32,609 nucleotides of DNA from contig JWZX01002124.1 of the NCBI GenBank assembly GCA_001275005.1, positions 1 to 32,609 on the forward strand, written 5' to 3'. Source of the stretch: Chrysochromulina tobinii (taxonomy: Eukaryota). Position 1 is the stretch's first letter; the number at the start of each line of letters is the position of its first letter. Position numbers and translations under genes: made by a program. This document shows positions 27,094 to 32,609 of the stretch, piece after piece. Below the pieces are notes generated by a model. The model made no database searches and was not told the origin of the DNA. It saw only the letters and a program-made list of their open reading frames with translations.

Positions 27094-30000
27094 CTACACA
27101 CCGTAGCCATCGTCGTCATCGGCAGCAGCTGCAGCTATTAACGAGCTCGCCGAAGCTTGCGGCGGCGCCGATGTGCGTTTGACAAAGCCCTGAGCCTGCA
27201 ATGCTTCCTTGAACTGGTCGTTATTCATAGCTGCCGGCACTCCAAGCGCACCGCGCAACTTCGCCACCAGCGCGTCCGTCAGCGGGTCGCCCGCAGATAC
27301 TGACACGCCCAACTGCTCGCTCACCTCGGGAGCCGACTCGGCCGTAAACACATAGGAGGCGGGCGCGGATTTCGCGGCGGCGGGTGCGGGTTTTGCGGCG
27401 GGTGCAGGTGCGGGCTTTGGGGCGGGTGCGGGTTTTGCGACGGGTGCGGGTTTTGTGGCCGTAGGTGCCGAAGTGCGTTCGACAAAGCCCTGAGATTGCA
27501 GTGCTTCCTTGAACTGCTCGTCGGCCATCTCGTCCTCCACTCCGAGCGCATCGCGCAAAGCGTCCAGCAGCGCGTCCGTCAGCGGGTCGCCCGCAGATAC
27601 TGACACGCCCAACTGCTCGCTCACCTCGGGAGCCGACTCGGCCGTAAACACATAGGAGGCGGGCGCGGATTTCGCGGCGGCGGGTGCGGGTTTTGCGGCG
27701 GGTGCAGGTGCGGGCTTTGGGGCGGGTGCGGGTTTTACGACGGGTGCGGGTTTTGTGGCCGTAGGTGCCGAAGTGCGTTCGACAAAGCCCTGAGCCTGCA
27801 ATGCTTCCTTGAACTGCTCGTTATTCATAGCTGCCGGCACTCCTAGCGCACCGCGCAACTTCGCCACCAGCGCGTCCGTCAGCGGGTCGCCCGCAGATAC
27901 TGACACGCCCAACTGCTCGCTCACCTCGGGAGCCGACTCGGCGGTGAAGACGTAGGCGACGGTCTCATCCTTGTCGGCGCCGATCATCGCTGCAAGCAGC
28001 GCATCCGGTGAAGCAGGCGGTTGCGGCGGCGCGGCTGCCGCCTTCGCCTTCGCCACCTCCGCCTCCTTTGCCTTCGCGCCGGCTCGAGCGGCAGCAACAC
28101 GTGCGTGCGCAGCCTTAGCCTCGGCCGCCGCCTTTTCCTTAGCCTCGGTCGCCGCCTTCTCCTTGGCCTCGGCCGCCGCCTTCTCCTTAGCCTCTTTCTC
28201 GGTCGCTGCCTTGGCTGCCGCCTGCGCCGCCGCTTCTTTCTCGGCAACCGCCTTCTTGGTCGCTGCCTTGGCTGCCGCCTGCGCCGCCGCTTCTTTCTCG
28301 GCAACCGCCTTCTCGGCCGCCACCCTCTCGGCCGCCGCTTTCTCGGCCGCCGCTTTCTCGGCCGCCGCTTTCTCGGCCGCCGCTTTCTCGGCCGCCACCC
28401 TCTCGGCCGCCGCCTTCTCGGCCGCTGCCTTCACGGCCGCTGCCTTGGCCGCCGCCTCTCGGCCACCGCCTTCTCGGCCGCTACCTTCTCAGCCGCCGCC
28501 TTCTCGGCCGCCGCCTTCTCGGCCGCCGCCTTCTCAGCCTCTGCCTCAGCCGCTGCCCTAGCGGCCGCCGCCTCGGCCATAGCTGCCGCCTTCTCAGCTG
28601 CTGCCGCATCGGCCAACGCCATCTCGACCGCCGCCTTCTCGACCGCTACCTTCTCGGCCGCCGCCTTCTCGGCCGCCGCCTTCTCGGCCGCCGCCTTCTC
28701 AGCCTCTGCCTCAGCCGCTGCCCTAGCGGCCGCCGCCACGGCCATAGCTGCCGCCTTCTCAGCTGCTGCCGCATCAGCCAACGCCTCCTCGACCGTCGCC
28801 TTCTCGGCCGCTACCTTCTCAGCCGCCGCCTTTTCGGCCGCAGCCTTCTCGGCCGCAGCCTTCTCGGCCGCCGCAGCCTCAGCCGCCGCTGTCTCGGCCG
28901 CCGCCATGTCGGCCGCCGCTACCGCCACTTCGGCCGCCGCCTTCCCAGCCTTGGCATTCTCTGCCCTGGCATACTCGGTGCCCGCCTCTTTCTCGGCTTT
29001 CCCCTTCTTCTCCTCCTGGCCCTTCTCGTCGGTATTTGCCTTCTCTTTCCCCTTCTCGTCGGCCTTGGCCGAGTCGCCTCGTGCAGTCGTCGCGTTCGCC
29101 TTACCCTTGTCATCCCCCTCCACCTTCGTCTCCGCATTCGCCTCCACCGCCGCCCCAGCCTCCACCTTCGGCTTGGCCTCGCGCGCCGCCGCTGCCTCCG
29201 CCTCCGCGGCTGCGCTTGCCTCCGCAGCTTCTGCTGCAGCTCGCGCCTCCGCTGCCGCCGCCTCCACTGTCGCCGCCTCTATTGCTGCCGCCTCAGCTGG
29301 CGTTGCCTCAGCTGCAACACGCGCTTCCTCGGCGCGCGAGTCGACCTCCTTCGAGACCTTCTTCGAAACCTCCTTGAGGCGGATGTGCTCTGCCTCCGCA
29401 GCCTTCGATGCCTCCGCAGCCTTCGCAACCACCGCTTTCGCATGCGCCGCCGCCGCAGCCGCCTCTGCTGCCGCCGCCTCTGCTGCCGCAGCCTCTGCTG
29501 CCGCCGCCTCTGCTGCCGGGGTTTCTGCCTCCTGCTTCGTCTTTTGATCTTCCAGCGCTTTCGTCGTTTCCGGCCTTGCAAATTCTGTACGTGCCTGTGC
29601 GCCCGTGTCCTGTTCAAGTTGTGCTGTCATCTTCTGCTTGAAGGCGAGGACGGCAGCCGTAGTTGCGACGCTAAGCGACAGCTTACCACCGTTCCCGAAG
29701 AGACTGCTAGCACCGGGTTCGCCATCTGGCTCCGTTGTTCCTGCGAGTTCCGGAAACACGTTCATCAAATTGGCCAGTGCTGCTTTAGCGTAATGCACCA
29801 CAAGGTTTTCCTCGTGCGCAACGAGTTGCTCCAGATGTGGCAGGCCACCTGACTGAACCAGAACTTGGCCCCAACTAGGTTCCTTTGAGAGATTGAGGCA
29901 GAGGCCAGCAGCGTATGTAACCACCATAGTATCTGCTGCAGTTAGGCACTGCACGATCTCCTCGCCTACATCGCACGTCAACAGCTGCTGCTTGGTCGCT

Positions 30001-31355
30001 GCGCTGAAGAGGTCCAGCGCATCGGAGCATATGTTGGCGAGGCAGTACAGGGCCCATGCAACAAGCTCGTCGGACTCGTTTGTCAGCAGGCGTGACAACT
30101 GTATGACTGTTCCTTGCTCTCGCAACGTTTGGCCGAAGGCAGTGCCTTCTTCTTGTGAGCACTGGTCGAGGATCTCGGCTAGATCGAGCACGTCATCTAA
30201 TTCAAGCACGGGGTACTCGCGAGCAATTGGCAAGACCGACGTCAGACCAGCTTTTGCTGTCAGAGTATCATAGATCATGGGTGGTGTCGCACGGAACGGA
30301 GACAGCGTGGGATTCCTTGGCAAAGATGATGAGCCGCCCATCAGCTGATCGGGTAGCGGCATGCGAGACGCCGCCTGAGGGTTGCCATCTAGCGACGCGA
30401 CTAGTGCTGTAGCCGCCGCCGCGGCCGCCTGCTGGTTGCCGTTCAGCAACGCGGCTAGCGTGGCACGAGCGGCGGTGGCGGCGATGGCCATCGTCGGTGA
30501 CATGGGCCCCGTCGGTAATGTTGTTTCGGCCTGAATTGAAGGTGGAGCGGCATTCATCGGCGACGTAGGTTCTCCAGCAATCATCGGCAACGTAAGTTGT
30601 CCAGCCACCATCGGAAAAGATGCCGAACCACCCATCATCGGGTCGGGCAGAGGCATACGGGTCGGAGGAAGCGTGCTATTCGTCGGTGACGAAGCAAGCG
30701 TGGCATTCATGGAAAAAGATGATTCGCCGCCCATGGGCTGACAAGGTAGTGGCATACGGGACGCAGGTCGCTTGAAATTAATCGGAGACATTGGTAGCAT
30801 GGCATTAATTGGCAAAGGTTCTGAGCCGCCCAGCAGCTGAGCGCCGAGTGATAACTGCGCCTCGAGAATTTGGCGCCTCGTAAATTTGGGCCCCGACTCA
30901 TCAGCTGGTTGTTTACTTGCCGTGATCGTTGTGACACTGCCAAGGTTCGATGCCGACTCGCTGCTCGAACCGGCGCCCGGCATGCTACGAGCGCTAGCGA
31001 TAGAAGCGATAGCAGCGATAGACCCGGCCTTTTTGCCAGGACTTGCGGCGGATGATTTCTTCCCGCCGCCATCAAGTGTGCGAAATGCCTGCACAACCTG
31101 CGTAGCATCCAACTTGCGCGGTGTCGCGGGTCTGCTGGTGCCGATTGCGGCCGCAGCGCGGTCCCATAAGGTATTCCTCTTCGGTGCTGTCGCAGCCTTT
31201 TCGTGGGCCTTTTCTGGGCTGCCATGTGAAGCTTGTCTCGCACGTTCAGCGGCTATCCGTTCAGCGGCTATAGCAAGCCGCTGTCGTTTCTCAACTTGCG
31301 CTATGTAAGCAAGCCCTGGACCCGGTGGAGAGCGCGGTGGAGGCGACTTTGGCAT
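27094..31355 (-). CDS. Large protein (about 1420 aa): Pro/Met-rich N-terminus, armadillo-like repeats, Ala/Glu/Lys helical repeats, three C-terminal repeated domains; single-base frameshift near 28457
   Basis: ORFs 28431-31355 and 27094-28434 both carry EKAAA repeats and join if one base is restored (gcctctc vs the repeat unit gccttctc). ARM-like helices [29 protein letters not shown]. Confidence 0.72.
27167..27956. repeat. 300-bp coding tandem repeat, about 2.6 copies
   Basis: Lines starting 27181/27481/27781 and 27301/27601/27901 are near-identical at an exact 300-bp period. Confidence 0.95.
28120..28900. repeat. 15-bp-based coding minisatellite (EKAAA)n with larger duplicated blocks
   Basis: Repeated ttctcggccgccgcc/t units; duplicated blocks encoding [15 protein letters not shown] and [14 protein letters not shown]. 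Confidence 0.9.
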
Positions 31356-31626
31356 CGGCAGAAGTGCGTCGAGGCACTGGCTGCGCGCGGAACGAACGAT
31401 CTGAGTGGATAGATCACGCTTCTGGGTAGGGAGTTCAACAACAATTACCGGCGCCGGTAAACCTCAAGTTTGCGAGACGCGCGCGCTAATAGCCCGGCCC
31501 CAAACCATTTAATTGTTTACATGTAGCGTAAACTCCCCTTCACACGGTATCAAGACATGTACTGTTCTCTGACTGTGATTCAGTTTCCTAGGGATTGCTC
31601 GGGGTAAAACCCCACAGCACGACAAA

Positions 31627-32025
31627 ATGGCGGAAGAGAGGCCGAATGGGACTGCTTCGGCAATTGTTTGCGTGGCGAACGGAGTTTTTCTTGGGCTATG
31701 CGGAGTCTACGGAGCAGCCTTGCACGAGTTCGCGCCCAAAGCTATGCATTCTGCATATGCCGGAGGTGCCGGTGGTGCGGCGCTGATTGTGTGTGCGGCC
31801 ATGGCTGCCGCTCCGTCGAAGAAGCTGTACATGGTCGGTGTGCACGTCGCACTGCTGCTGCAGCTCATTTTCATCGTGGTCTTTGCGGTTCAAGCTTACA
31901 AATCGTATGGTGTTCCCGAGAAGCAGGATCGCTTCCCGCTCTTCGTCTCAATGGGTGTGGGCACCCTTGTGGCCTTGGGCGCGATGCTCAAGCTGAAGCC
32001 GAAGAAGAAGAAGGAGAAAGCGTGA
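31627..32025 (+). CDS. Small four-helix membrane protein (possibly TMEM14-like) with basic C-terminus
   Basis: 132 aa, aaaATGG start context, four hydrophobic Gly/Ala-rich segments, tail KPKKKKEKA. Confidence 0.75.
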   Translation: MAEERPNGTASAIVCVANGVFLGLCGVYGAALHEFAPKAMHSAYAGGAGGAALIVCAAMAAAPSKKLYMVGVHVALLLQLIFIVVFAVQAYKSYGVPEKQDRFPLFVSMGVGTLVALGAMLKLKPKKKKEKA

Positions 32026-32609
32026 TTAGGCACGCAAAGGGGCCCTACGAATCATGCGTTCGCAATGGAGACGGATTGAGACCGGGCGATGAGGTGTGCA
32101 AGGATGTGTGTCTCGGTCTGACGGTCTCGCGAGGTTGGTCCTCAGCAGCTCAGCATCGCAGGGCTAGCGGTCGGAGAGCGAGTCGCCGAGTCCCGAGCAA
32201 TTGGTCCCGAGTGAGCGACAGACCACAGACGCAAACCTCGGCTCGATAGTTACGCGAACCCTTGTGAACGGCTCGGCTCGCTCGATCCTATAACTCTCCC
32301 GCACAGCCCCCCCAGCCAGAGACATGATTTAGTAACCCTGTTTCGAAACGCAATCAAGAATCTGCCTGATTTGAACGCACGGCCATCGGCTCCTACCGGT
32401 ACAGGCTCCCCAGGTAAAAAGACACCGGGGGGAGCCGGGACACACACTTTTTACCGTTACTCTATTGCGCCTCTCACTTTTGCGATCGGCGCCCGGCGTC
32501 CTTTTGCGCATTTGCGTCGCGCGCCATGGATCCCTCCCTGCGCGAAGCGCGCCGCGCGCCCTCGGCGGAGTACACTGCGCTCCAGGCGTTTCGAGCGCGG
32601 CGTCAGCAG

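Noticed and set aside
27167..28900. Regular repeats as a possible CRISPR array or satellite
   Set aside because: The units are multiples of 3, encode protein repeats and have no unique spacers. The context is eukaryotic.

Overview
Eukaryotic, GC-rich, very gene-dense nuclear DNA with few introns. The gene content and intron style suggest an alga, most plausibly a haptophyte (inference, not tested). About 15 protein genes are supported: FAD-dependent monooxygenase, YqgF/RuvX-like nuclease, NudC-type CS-domain protein, fibrillarin, TMEM115, a Pro/Gln-rich unknown protein, a 3-exon PB1-domain protein, a katanin-p60-like AAA ATPase, a DHHC-family palmitoyltransferase, a 2-exon EF-hand repeat protein, a formin, a GARP/SHAQKYF-class MYB factor, a large armadillo/AEK-repeat protein and a small membrane protein. 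Many are arranged head-to-head across gaps of about 100-700 bp. The most striking signal is in the introns. Two introns in unrelated genes share a 31-nt 3' end (28/31 identical) and a GTGRTTGC 5' end. Three of the four introns found contain internal copies of their own flanking exon sequence, in one case a copy of the spliced exon-exon junction. This points to a repeat-driven intron-creating process. Protein-level oddities include a fibrillarin with a Lys-only GAR domain and a ubiquitin-tail-like leader, a katanin with a rewritten pore loop 1, a DHFC palmitoyltransferase and a YqgF with D->H at the last conserved acidic site. No rRNA, tRNA, CRISPR array or transposase was recognised.
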